A stretch of DNA of 64,000 bases. It comes from Candidatus Latescibacterota bacterium (GTDB lineage: Bacteria; Latescibacterota; CBDEFO01). Positions 51,669-64,000 of this stretch are shown one piece after another; the stretch's first letter is position 1, and every line of letters starts with the position of its first letter. The translations under genes were made by a program, and so were the position numbers. The notes beneath the pieces are model-generated. The model had not been told where the DNA came from and made no database searches. It worked only from the letters and a program-made list of their open reading frames with translations. The stretch lies in contig OZ252149.1 in NCBI GenBank assembly GCA_965248755.1, positions 1,664,001-1,728,000 of the forward strand. The letters run 5' to 3'.

Positions 51669-52819
51669 CACCTTTCCTCCACAGCCGCCGCCAACTCCTC
51701 TATAACTGAGTCTGCGACCATAAAGCCGCTCTGAGTCAGCCTTATGTTCCCGCCGGAATCCTCTATCAGTCTCTTCTCGATTAGGGGTCCCAGACACTTT
51801 CTTGCCTTTTCCCTGTAATCAAAGCTATGTCTCTCGTAAAAACCCTTCAAATCGATCCCCTCACCCGTTCTGAGCCCGAGAAAAATTGATTCACATATGC
51901 GCTCGTCTTCTGACAGCACCTCCTCATCTTCGAGGACATCCATGCCCTTTTCCAGCCTATCCACGTAATCTCTGGTCTTAAATACGTTCCAGAACCTCCT
52001 GCCATCCAAGAAAGAATGAGCCGACGTTCCCACGCCCATATACTCTGAACCGTCCCAGTAGCTTTGGTTGTGCCTCGATTGAAAGCCTGTCTTTGAAAAG
52101 TTGGAGATCTCATAATGCTCGTAGCCCCGATCCTCCAAACGCTCCATGGCTATCTTGTACATCCGCCCCTGAGTCCCCTCGGTCGGAAGGTTCAATCTCC
52201 CGCGCTTATACATCCTGTCGAACGGTGTCCCCGGCTCAATAGTAAGACCGTAAATGGAAATATGCTCAGGAGAAAGGTCCAAAGCCACGTCTAAGTCCTC
52301 CTCCCAGGATCTCAAGTCCCCACCTGGAGCGCCGAAGATTAAGTCTATATTTATATTTTCAAATCCCGCTTTTCTGGCCAAATTAAACGCCTCAACTGCT
52401 TCAGTTGAACTATGGTCCCTGTATAGGGAATTCAACACCCTATCGTTAAACGACTGGACGCCCAGGTTGATCCGATTTATTCCCAAATCCCTTATATCCC
52501 GCAATTTATCTATATCCAGAGTCCCCGGATTTGCCTCAAGCGTAATCTCCGCGTTATCCACCCATCGCCAATATTTATATACAGACCTCAGTACTCCCTT
52601 AAGCTGCTCTACAGAAAGGACCGTAGGCGTTCCTCCACCGATGTACACAGTATCAAACGCCCTATCCACACACACCCTTTCGGACTTAATCTTCATCTCC
52701 ATTTCAAGGGCATCCAGATACCTATCTATAAACTCCGACCTTCCCGTCGTCACGGAAAAGGAACAGTAGGGGCATATTCTGCGACAGAAAGGGATGTGTA
52801 TGTAAAGCCCTATAGACAT
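51665..52819 (-). CDS. hemW: Radical SAM heme chaperone HemW (HemN-like)
   Basis: YIHIPFCRRICPYC, GGGTP, YEISNF, HNQSYW. Confidence 0.92.
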   Translation of the reverse strand: MSIGLYIHIPFCRRICPYCSFSVTTGRSEFIDRYLDALEMEMKIKSERVCVDRAFDTVYIGGGTPTVLSVEQLKGVLRSVYKYWRWVDNAEITLEANPGTLDIDKLRDIRDLGINRINLGVQSFNDRVLNSLYRDHSSTEAVEAFNLARKAGFENINIDLIFGAPGGDLRSWEEDLDVALDLSPEHISIYGLTIEPGTPFDRMYKRGRLNLPTEGTQGRMYKIAMERLEDRGYEHYEISNFSKTGFQSRHNQSYWDGSEYMGVGTSAHSFLDGRRFWNVFKTRDYVDRLEKGMDVLEDEEVLSEDERICESIFLGLRTGEGIDLKGFYERHSFDYREKARKCLGPLIEKRLIEDSGGNIRLTQSGFMVADSVIEELAAAVEERW

Positions 52820-52854
52820 ATTGTTGAGAAGATAGTGTGAGAATGTTTCACTCT

Positions 52855-53985
52855 TTAACGCTCATCCACAGGCACATAAGGAACGTCCCTCGGGCCGATA
52901 TATTGTGATTTTGGCCTTATAATACGGTTGTCCTCAAGCTGTTCTATGATATGTCCCGTCCATCCCACGATTCTGCTGACCGCAAAGATCGGCGTAAACA
53001 GATCTAGCGGAATGCCCATAGCATAATAGACCGAAGCCGAGTAGAAATCCACGTTTGTCCATATCCCCTTTTCGCCCATCCCTGCGTCCATCATAGTATC
53101 CTCGATCTTCCTTGAAATCTCGTACCACTTACTGTTTCCGGACTTTTCTCCTAATTTCTTGGACAGCCGCCTTAAGTGAGGAACCCTCGGGTCCTCTGTC
53201 TTATAGACCGCATGCCCGAATCCCATAATCCTTTCTTGACGGGCCAGAGCGTCCTTTACATATCCCTCCGCCTTATCCACATCCCCTATCTTCAAGACCA
53301 ACCGAATCACCTGTTCATTAGCCCCCCCGTGAAGCGGTCCTTTAAGAGTCCCCAGAGCCGAGACGACGGCAGAATACATATCTGAAAGTGTAGCTATTGT
53401 CACCCTTGAGGAGAACGTCGAAGCGTTGAAACCGTGATCTGCATGCAGGATAAGGCTTAGATCGAACCCTTCGGCTGTGTCCTCATCCGGCCTTTCTCCG
53501 TTTAGCATGTACAGAAAATTCGCCGCATGGCCTAGGTTCGGATCAGGTTGGATCGGTTCGTTCCCGTTTCTTATTCTATCGTAAGCCGCCACGAAGGTGG
53601 ACATCTTCGCTGTGAGCCTTATTGCTTTTTTGAGGTTTACCTCTCTGGAATAATCGTCATCAGGATCGGGATCGTAAAGACCGAGCTGAGACACCGCCGT
53701 CCTGAGCGCCCCCATAGGAGGAGCATCCTTGGGAAACAATTTAATTAAATCTATAATTTCGCTGTCTAACTCCCTATTCTTCAGAAGCTCTTTAGATAGT
53801 TCATCCAACTGTTCCCTTGTCGGAAGCCTTCCGAACCATAGGAGATAAGCGGTCTCTTCAAACGTAGAGTTCTGGGCCAGATCGTGAATGTCAATCCCTT
53901 GATATATCAACTCCCCCTTAGTGCCGTCAATGGTGCTCAGCGCCGTGTTTCCAGCTATGACTCCCCTTAATCCTTTTTCTCCCAT
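52855..53985 (-). CDS. gltA: Citrate synthase
   Basis: HADHGFNAST, GPLHGGA, GFGHAVY..DPR, NVDFY. Confidence 0.93.
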   Translation of the reverse strand: MGEKGLRGVIAGNTALSTIDGTKGELIYQGIDIHDLAQNSTFEETAYLLWFGRLPTREQLDELSKELLKNRELDSEIIDLIKLFPKDAPPMGALRTAVSQLGLYDPDPDDDYSREVNLKKAIRLTAKMSTFVAAYDRIRNGNEPIQPDPNLGHAANFLYMLNGERPDEDTAEGFDLSLILHADHGFNASTFSSRVTIATLSDMYSAVVSALGTLKGPLHGGANEQVIRLVLKIGDVDKAEGYVKDALARQERIMGFGHAVYKTEDPRVPHLRRLSKKLGEKSGNSKWYEISRKIEDTMMDAGMGEKGIWTNVDFYSASVYYAMGIPLDLFTPIFAVSRIVGWTGHIIEQLEDNRIIRPKSQYIGPRDVPYVPVDER

Positions 53986-54216
53986 TTGGATCTCCCTTTA
54001 GAATTTAAGGGTTTCGATTTGAGTTTGCTTCAGGGTTTTCACACTCTCAGATGATGTTGCCTTTTCTTGCCTTCAGTAATCTAAAGAACAGACAAGAATG
54101 TCTGTTCTACTGCCTGCCGAACCTGGTGGGTCAGACATTCTTGTCTGACAGAGCAATCTCAATATGTCCTTTATTGTCCTCCACTATCTCAGAACGTTAT
54201 ACGCCCTATCTTAAGA

Positions 54217-55053
54217 TTACCTTATAATATCCCCGATCCTGCCCCATCTTACCTCCCAGGGGAAATGGGTAATATGATAAAATAGCCAGGCTGGCAAAGA
54301 CCCCGGACCTCTTATTTTCGGCGCCCTCCAATCTCCGTTCCACGACCAATAGATAATCAGCGCCTTTGCCTTCACATTCTCCACTGGAAGCGGTCCCCAA
54401 AACCTGCTGTCCTGACTGTTATCTCTGTTGTCACCCATCATAAAAAGTTCCCCCTCCTGCAATTCTTCCGGACCCCAGTTATCTCTTTTGAGTTCCTCCC
54501 TGTTACTTAATATCCTGCCCCTTGACATCCTGCTGCTTTCGTACTTAACATTAGGAGGATCGGGGAACCTTTTTCCATCCACATATAACTTTTTATCCCT
54601 TATCTCTACCGTCTGTCCCTCCACAGCAACACATCGCTTTATGAAGTCCCTTGAGGGATCTTCAGGATACTTAAATATTATTATATCCCCCGGCTCGGGA
54701 TCCTTTAAACCTGGAAGCCTTACGTCGAAAAACGGGATATTCGGACCGTAAGTTATCTTCTCCGCAAGCAGGAAATCCCCCACAAGCAGAGTGTCCTCCA
54801 TAGAACCTGACGGGATGCGAAATGCCTGGATCACAAAGGTCCTGATCACCAAAGCCAACAACACAGCCACTACTATGGCTTCTGAGTACTCCCTTATGAC
54901 CGATTTTCCCCTCTGGCTCTTTTTTTTGCCTATCAACAGCCTCCGTATATAACCCCAAATATCAGGCCTTTGCGCCGTGCTCTCCCCTTTAAGGACATCC
55001 TTATCTTTAATCCTTTTATCTTTACTTTTCTTATTCTTAGTCTTTCCGCTCAC
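54217..55053 (-). CDS. lepB: Signal peptidase I
   Basis: IPSGSMEDTL, FIKR, GDNRDNSQDSR. Confidence 0.95.
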   Translation of the reverse strand: MSGKTKNKKSKDKRIKDKDVLKGESTAQRPDIWGYIRRLLIGKKKSQRGKSVIREYSEAIVVAVLLALVIRTFVIQAFRIPSGSMEDTLLVGDFLLAEKITYGPNIPFFDVRLPGLKDPEPGDIIIFKYPEDPSRDFIKRCVAVEGQTVEIRDKKLYVDGKRFPDPPNVKYESSRMSRGRILSNREELKRDNWGPEELQEGELFMMGDNRDNSQDSRFWGPLPVENVKAKALIIYWSWNGDWRAPKIRGPGSLPAWLFYHITHFPWEVRWGRIGDIIR

Positions 55054-55080
55054 CCTTTCAAAGCTCCATTATGTTAAGTC

Positions 55081-56880
55081 CTACTCGCCCACATTCAAAA
55101 TTGCCAGGAACGCCTCTTGAGGGATCTCCACGTTCCCCACCTGCTTCATCCTCTTTTTCCCTTCCTTCTGTCGTTCCAGAAGTTTCCTTTTCCTTGTTAT
55201 ATCTCCACCGTAACACTTGGCAGTAACGTTCTTCTTAAAGGGACGGATTACCTCCCTAGATATGACCTTCTTCCCTACAGCTCCCTGTATAACCACCCCG
55301 AACAACTGTTTTGGAATAAGCTCCTTGAGCCTTTTGCAGAGCTGTCTGCCCCAGTTATAAGCCTTATCCCTGTGAATTATGGCCGAGAGAGCGTCAACAG
55401 AATTGCTGTTGATCAGAATATCTAACTTCACAAGATTGGCGGGACTGTGCTCTTTGTACTCATAATCGAAGGAAGCATAACCCCTGCTGACAGATTTCAA
55501 CCTGTCATAAAAATCAAAGACGACCTCCGCTAAGGGAATCTCGTATTTAAGTACTACCCTTGTGGGTTCTAAATATTCCGTATTTACATAGACCCCACGC
55601 CTGTCTAGAACCAACTTCATTATATTTCCCATATAATCTACTGGCGTTAGAATCTGAGCCTCCAGAATCGGTTCTTCTACAACATCTATCTCTCCTTGAG
55701 CGGGCATATCCGCTGGGTTATCCACCAGAAGTTTGGTCCCATCCTTTAAGATCACCCTGTACTCCACATTGGGAACGGTAGTTATGATCTTCAGCCCATA
55801 TTCTCTTTCCAGCCTCTCACCAACTATCTCCATGTGCAAGAGTCCCAAAAAGCCGCATCTGAAGCCGAAACCCAGTGCGTTCGAAGTCTCAGGTACATAA
55901 GATAAAGAAGAATCGTTCAATTTCAGACGCTCCAAGAAATCCCTGAGTTCCTCGTAATCGTCCGGGTCTTGGGGATAGAGTCCTGAAAAGACCATAGGCT
56001 TTACGTCCTTATAGCCCGGAAGGGGATCAGAATCTAAATCCACAGCCTCCAAGATAGTGTCCCCCACCTTAGCGTCTGCCAGGTCCTTTATCCCGCAGAT
56101 GAGATAACCCACTTCTCCTGCTGAAAGAGATCCCGTTTTGATCTTCTTCAATCTCAGGACCCCGGCCTCTTCGACCTGATATACCTTCCCGTTCGAGAAC
56201 AACCTAACATGATCTCCTTGATTTACCGATCCATCGAACATCCTAACATAAGCCACAGCTCCTCTGTAACGGTCAAACACGGAGTCGAATATTAAAGCCT
56301 TCAGGCGATTTTTAGCTGAACCTTCAGGTGGAGAAATCCTTTCCACTATTGCCTCTAATATTTCCGCAATCCCCCATCCTAACTTTGCACTTACACACAA
56401 AACCTCATCCTGGCTTACTCCCAAAAGATCTGCTAACTGGCCTTTGACCCTATCTGTACGGGCGTTTTGAAGATCTATCTTATTTACTATCGGAATGATG
56501 ATAAGATCGTTTTCCAAAGCCAAATACAGGTTACTTAAGGTCTGAGCCTCCATTCCCTGGACAGCGTCCACCACTATCAAGGCGCCCTCGCACGCTGCGA
56601 GGCTTCTGGATACCTCATACGAAAAATCCACGTGCCCGGGAGTATCTATCATGTTCAATACATAGGCCTTGCCGTCTTTGGCACTGTATTCCATCCGTAC
56701 AGCGTGCGCCTTTATGGTTATACCCCTTTCCCTTTCCAGCTCCATATCGTCCAGCACCTGCTCACGCATCTCTTTTCCCGACAGAGTCCCCGTCATCTCC
56801 AGAAGTCTATCGGCAAGTGTGGACTTGCCGTGATCTATATGGGCTATTATGGAAAAGTTCCTTATAAGCTCGGTCGTCAA
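55081..56880 (-). CDS. lepA: Translation elongation factor 4
   Basis: [31 protein letters not shown]. Confidence 0.98.
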   Translation of the reverse strand: MTTELIRNFSIIAHIDHGKSTLADRLLEMTGTLSGKEMREQVLDDMELERERGITIKAHAVRMEYSAKDGKAYVLNMIDTPGHVDFSYEVSRSLAACEGALIVVDAVQGMEAQTLSNLYLALENDLIIIPIVNKIDLQNARTDRVKGQLADLLGVSQDEVLCVSAKLGWGIAEILEAIVERISPPEGSAKNRLKALIFDSVFDRYRGAVAYVRMFDGSVNQGDHVRLFSNGKVYQVEEAGVLRLKKIKTGSLSAGEVGYLICGIKDLADAKVGDTILEAVDLDSDPLPGYKDVKPMVFSGLYPQDPDDYEELRDFLERLKLNDSSLSYVPETSNALGFGFRCGFLGLLHMEIVGERLEREYGLKIITTVPNVEYRVILKDGTKLLVDNPADMPAQGEIDVVEEPILEAQILTPVDYMGNIMKLVLDRRGVYVNTEYLEPTRVVLKYEIPLAEVVFDFYDRLKSVSRGYASFDYEYKEHSPANLVKLDILINSNSVDALSAIIHRDKAYNWGRQLCKRLKELIPKQLFGVVIQGAVGKKVISREVIRPFKKNVTAKCYGGDITRKRKLLERQKEGKKRMKQVGNVEIPQEAFLAILNVGE

Positions 56881-57011
56881 TATAGTTTTTCCTTCAAAGA
56901 TCCCTCAAACTGTCATAGTCAGAAATCGCACTCTCCAATCTGCTAACTCTATCTTGAATCCACGGTACGTCTTAAGAAGAATATACTTGCTGCATCCCAA
57001 TCCGTCAATAG

Positions 57012-57791
57012 CTATTTACCCTTAAAATCGGGACTTCGCTTTTCTAAGAACGCCGATATGCCCTCTTTTTTATCCTCGGTCTCGAAAAGCCTGCCGAAGT
57101 ACTTAGACTCAACATCCACAGCTGCCGATGAACTGGCTATAGAGCCCTCATCCACCGATCGCAGAATAGCCTCAACAGAAAGATGCCCAAAAGAGGCTAT
57201 CTTTCGGGCGAGTTCCTTGGACTCCTTCATTACGTCCTCTGCAGGGACAACCATGTTCACGAGCCCCCAGGACTCGGCATCCCCAGCGGTGATACGCTCT
57301 CCCGTAAGTAGAAGTTCCAGGGCCCTCCCTCTGCCCACAAAACGGGGCAGTCTATATGTCCCAGCGTAGCCCGGCATGACCCCTAAATTAATCTCCGGCT
57401 GACCTAATTGAGCATCCACACTTGCCACTCTTATGTGACACGCCATAGCCAGCTCCAATCCCCCCCCATAGCATCCTCCGTTGATAGCCGCTATGATCGG
57501 CTTTCTTAAGTTTTCGATCCTCCGTAAAATCGAATGCCCCGATCTTGAAAAATTTTCTGCCTCCTTTGCCGAGTTAATTTCTGCTAACTCCACTATGTCC
57601 GCGCCTGCCGAAAAGAATTTTCCCGCTCCTGTGATTATCGCAGCCCTTATAGCATCGTTTGACTCTATTTCATCCACAGCCTTCTTTATATCGGACAGTA
57701 CCTTTGATCCTAAAGCGTTCACTGGAGGATTATCTACAACCGCACAAGCGATTCCATTTTCAACTTCTAACCTTAAATAATCTAAGTCCAT
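57012..57791 (-). CDS. Enoyl-CoA hydratase / crotonase
   Basis: FSAGADI, GGGLELAMAC, GQPEINLG. Confidence 0.93.
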   Translation of the reverse strand: MDLDYLRLEVENGIACAVVDNPPVNALGSKVLSDIKKAVDEIESNDAIRAAIITGAGKFFSAGADIVELAEINSAKEAENFSRSGHSILRRIENLRKPIIAAINGGCYGGGLELAMACHIRVASVDAQLGQPEINLGVMPGYAGTYRLPRFVGRGRALELLLTGERITAGDAESWGLVNMVVPAEDVMKESKELARKIASFGHLSVEAILRSVDEGSIASSSAAVDVESKYFGRLFETEDKKEGISAFLEKRSPDFKGK

Positions 57792-57809
57792 AAATTAAAC
57801 TCCTTTTTC

Positions 57810-58700
57810 CTACCTTTCCCTCACAAAGTCTGACACTACAGGCTCATCTTCCCCGTAATCGTAAAAACCCCCTCCCGACTTTCTGCCTAAATATCCCGCA
57901 AGGACCATCTGCTTCAAAATAGAAGGAGCGGAAAACCTCTTTTCCTTATACTCGTCGAACATAATGTCCGAGATCCTCAAGATCGTATCCAATCCTATAA
58001 AATCGATCAGGGCAAGAGGGCCTATAGGGAGGCCACATCCTAACTTCATCCCTCTGTCTATGTCCTCCACAGAACCTACCCCCTCCTCAAAAACCCTCAC
58101 AGCGTCTAAAAGATAAGGGACCAGGAGCCTATTTACGATAAACCCGGCGTTATCCTTTGCAACGATAGGAGTCTTGCCTAGGGACTTGGCAAAAGACACC
58201 ACACTATCAAACGTCTCATCCGAGGTGAGAATGGTCCTTACTATCTCAACCAACTCCATGATGTGCGCCGGATTGAAAAAATGGAGACCCATAAACTTGT
58301 CGGGTCTCCTGGTTGTCGTAGCCAAGTTCGTTATGCTCAAAGAGGACGTATTGCTCACAAAGATCGTCTTATCTGAGCACACCTTATCTAATTTTGCGAA
58401 TATCTCGGTCTTTATTCCTATATGCTCGGTCACAGCTTCTATTATTATGTCTCTATCCTCTAAATCCTTAATATCCTCCGATCCTTTAAGTCTTTCCAAA
58501 ACCGAACCCATTTCGGATCGATCTATCGTGCTCTTCTGGACATCTCTATTCAAAAACCCTTCGATAAGACCTAATCCCTTATCTACCAATTCCCCTTTTA
58601 CGTCATTTACGAGGACATCGTAGCCGCTTTGAGCCACAACCTGAGCTATCCTCGACCCCATAATCCCGCAGCCTACGAGGCCGATTTTTTGAATGTCCAT
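57810..58700 (-). CDS. hbd: 3-hydroxybutyryl-CoA / 3-hydroxyacyl-CoA dehydrogenase
   Basis: GCGIMG, SNTSS, GLHFFNP, GFIVNR, GRKSGGGFY; start at ATG 58700 after GGAGG. Confidence 0.92.
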   Translation of the reverse strand: MDIQKIGLVGCGIMGSRIAQVVAQSGYDVLVNDVKGELVDKGLGLIEGFLNRDVQKSTIDRSEMGSVLERLKGSEDIKDLEDRDIIIEAVTEHIGIKTEIFAKLDKVCSDKTIFVSNTSSLSITNLATTTRRPDKFMGLHFFNPAHIMELVEIVRTILTSDETFDSVVSFAKSLGKTPIVAKDNAGFIVNRLLVPYLLDAVRVFEEGVGSVEDIDRGMKLGCGLPIGPLALIDFIGLDTILRISDIMFDEYKEKRFSAPSILKQMVLAGYLGRKSGGGFYDYGEDEPVVSDFVRER

Positions 58701-58970
58701 AGTTACCTCCACATAGTCAGCTTACTTTCTAATCAGGTATCGGATCAAAATAGTCAGGGCAAGATTGTCGAGGTCTAAAATAGCAGACAGCGTAGAACCA
58801 GAGGCAGTCTAACGGAGATTGCTTCGCTTGGCTCGAAATGACTGAAGGCCTAAGTCAAGCGACGTCATTCGAAGGTGTCAAACCCCGACCCCGTCAGGAG
58901 TTGTAACGCCAAAGGAGACGCGAAGCGGAACCGATCTCAGGGGATAGGAGGATGGATCCAGTCTGCTTGC

Positions 58971-60155
58971 TTAGAACGCCTCAACGACCAAAGCCACGCC
59001 CTGTCCTCCTCCAACGCACGCAGACGCCAATCCGTACTTAGCCCCCGTTCGCCTCAATTGATAAAGTAAAGTAATTATCAGCCGCGTGCCGCTTGCGCCC
59101 AGGGGATGTCCCAATGCTATCGCGCCGCCGTTTACGTTTACCTTCTTTCTGTCCAACTCTAATTCCTTTTCCACAGCTAAATACTGACACGCAAACGCCT
59201 CGTTTATCTCTATGAGGTCTATCTCTTCCAACGATAGTCCCGCCCTTTCAAGAGCTATCTTCGATGCGGGAACGGGTCCTATTCCCATAATCTCGGGCTC
59301 GCATCCAGCTATACCCCATGAAATTAGACGCCCTATAGGCTCTAATTTCTCTTTTTTGGCAATTTCTCCCGACCCCATGACCAACGCGGCCGCGCCATCG
59401 CAGATGCCGCTTGCATTTCCCGCCGTGACAACTCCATCCTCCTTGAAGACAGACTTCAGCTTAGACAGTCCCTCCAAGGTGGTATCGGACCTCGGATGTT
59501 CATCCTTATCAAGGAGGGATGTTTCTCCTCTCTTGCCCTTAATCTCAACAGGAACAATCTCATCGCTTAATCTGCAATCCTGGACCGCTGATTTCAGGGA
59601 CATCTGGCTCCTGTATGCAAACTCGTCCGCCTCCTGTCTTTTTATGCCATATCTATTTGCCAGATTCTCCGCCGTGCTACCCATTTTGCATTCGCAATTG
59701 CTGTCCTCCAAAGCCTGACAAAGAGCGTCGTCAAGCGTCCCATCCCCGAAGTGTACTCCCCATCTTGCCCCTTTTACAAGGTACGGAGCCCTGCTCATGC
59801 TCTCAACACCGCCTGCTAATACAAACTTTGACTCATCCAGCAGGATCTGATGCGCTCCACTGATAATAGACTGAAACCCCGACGCGCAGAGTCTGTTCAC
59901 CATCAGGGCTGGAGTCTGGAGGGGGACACCTGCGTTCAAGCCTATATGTCTGGCAAGGTAAATATCGTGCCCGTCTGTCTGAAGAGCGTTACCGAAGATT
60001 GTGTGATCTATCCTCAGAGGTAAGACGCCCGAGCGTTCAAGAGCAGCCTTGGCCGCCAGAACTCCCAAATCTTTCGGGCTGTGATCCCTCAGACTTCCTC
60101 CGAAGCTCCCAAAAGGCGTTCGTGCTCCTGGGAATAGGGCTATTTCTTTATGCAT
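58971..60155 (-). CDS. Acetyl-CoA C-acetyltransferase (thiolase)
   Basis: VNRLCASG, NEAFA, GHPLGASG, CVGGGQG. Confidence 0.95.
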   Translation of the reverse strand: MHKEIALFPGARTPFGSFGGSLRDHSPKDLGVLAAKAALERSGVLPLRIDHTIFGNALQTDGHDIYLARHIGLNAGVPLQTPALMVNRLCASGFQSIISGAHQILLDESKFVLAGGVESMSRAPYLVKGARWGVHFGDGTLDDALCQALEDSNCECKMGSTAENLANRYGIKRQEADEFAYRSQMSLKSAVQDCRLSDEIVPVEIKGKRGETSLLDKDEHPRSDTTLEGLSKLKSVFKEDGVVTAGNASGICDGAAALVMGSGEIAKKEKLEPIGRLISWGIAGCEPEIMGIGPVPASKIALERAGLSLEEIDLIEINEAFACQYLAVEKELELDRKKVNVNGGAIALGHPLGASGTRLIITLLYQLRRTGAKYGLASACVGGGQGVALVVEAF

Positions 60156-60201
60156 ATGCTTCTCCTGTTACATAACCCAATTAATTCATAAACTTGGTGG
60201 A

Positions 60202-60322
60202 GTCATTGCGAGGAGCAAAGCGACGAAGCAATCTCAAGGTTTTATAGTGATCTCCTATGAGAGCCGGAGAGTATTACATCTACCACAGAATCGAGATTGC
60301 TTCGCCTTCGGCTCGCAATGAC
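60202..60322. repeat. Inverted pair of GTCATTGCGAG..GAAGCAATCTC palindromic elements
   Basis: 60202-60235 and 60293-60322 are complementary hairpin units around a ~57-nt spacer. Confidence 0.85.
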
Positions 60323-60453
60323 ACCGAAGGTGGTTAAACGGCATAACTATAATACAGTACAATCCCTTAATTAATACACGGCCTTTTTGTGTGAATTATT
60401 CGGGCTAACAAAGATAGATCGCATCTTAAGGGCCGATTTTTTTATTAAAACAT

Positions 60454-60482
60454 ATAGTATAGAACGGCATAAGATAAGTCAA
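60454..60482 (-). promoter_or_regulatory. Sigma70-type promoter upstream of thiolase
   Basis: TTGACT-17 nt-TACTAT on minus strand. Confidence 0.5.
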
Positions 60483-60492
60483 GCTAAAAAAC

Positions 60493-60527
60493 AAAAAAAG
60501 CCCACACTATATAAAGTGCGGGCTTTT
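60493..60527 (-). terminator. Intrinsic terminator of the rRNA operon
   Basis: AAAAGCCCGCACT..AGTGTGGGCTTTTTTT on minus strand after 5S. Confidence 0.8.
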
Positions 60528-60537
60528 AACTAAAGAT

Positions 60538-60654
60538 CTCGGCAGCTACCTACTCTCCCACAAGGTGACCCAAGCAGTACCATCGGCGCCAGAGGGCTTA
60601 ACTACTCTGTTCGGAATGGGAAGAGGTGTTTCCCCTCCGCTATCACTACCGGGA
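60538..60654 (-). rRNA. rrf: 5S rRNA
   Basis: CCCATTCCGAACAGAGTAGTTAAG, CGCCGATGGTACT, GGGAGAGTAGGT. Confidence 0.95.
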
Positions 60655-60745
60655 AATTTGGCAGTTCACTTTAGCTCTTTGCAATTGAACATGGAAAGAA
60701 CGGGCACCATCAGGAGGCTGAATCTTGGACATTTATTAAAGTGCT

Positions 60746-63892
<3,147 letters not shown>

Positions 63893-63962
63893 ACATTAAT
63901 ATCCAAGATTAAGCCCTAAGATATCTCAGCTACATCAAGTTACCCGTTCTATCCATATTCAA

Positions 63963-63975
63963 TTGTCAAAGAACA
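63963..63975 (-). promoter_or_regulatory. boxA-like antitermination element in the rRNA spacer
   Basis: TGTTCTTTGACA on minus strand upstream of 23S. Confidence 0.6.
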
Positions 63976-64000
63976 ATATCAGCGCTTACTGAATAAGCGC

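Overview
Bacterial chromosomal window from a selenocysteine-using organism (selB present). Gene content (DUF6785-type membrane protein, CBM9-like proteins, short RpoD-family sigma) suggests an FCB-superphylum or Latescibacterota-like lineage; this is inference only. The backbone is housekeeping: argH start, methylmalonyl-CoA mutase large subunit, larE, def, tRNA-Val, copA, selB, galU, thrB, hemW, citrate synthase, lepAB, thiolase-hbd-crotonase, and the 5S and 23S rRNAs. The central part is accessory and decaying. Main observations not visible in the ORF track: (1) a secreted UshA-like/tetraheme cytochrome c gene (29893..31284) that reads through an in-frame TGA in a C-G-U motif followed by a SECIS-like hairpin, lying upstream of a co-oriented ccm maturation cluster; (2) an IS1380 element that inserted into a CBM9-like gene together with 321 bp of captured foreign DNA (one-ended transposition, 5-bp target duplication); (3) a solitary integron-type methyltransferase cassette; (4) probable relics of a type III R-M locus bracketing two MNT-HEPN pairs; (5) a triple-GT4 glycosyltransferase operon with an AUR1-like PAP2 enzyme; (6) a ~130-nt structured insertion in 23S rRNA; (7) several dispersed palindrome families, one copy of which is in frame in a protein N-terminus. 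Family assignments come from motif recognition, not database searches.
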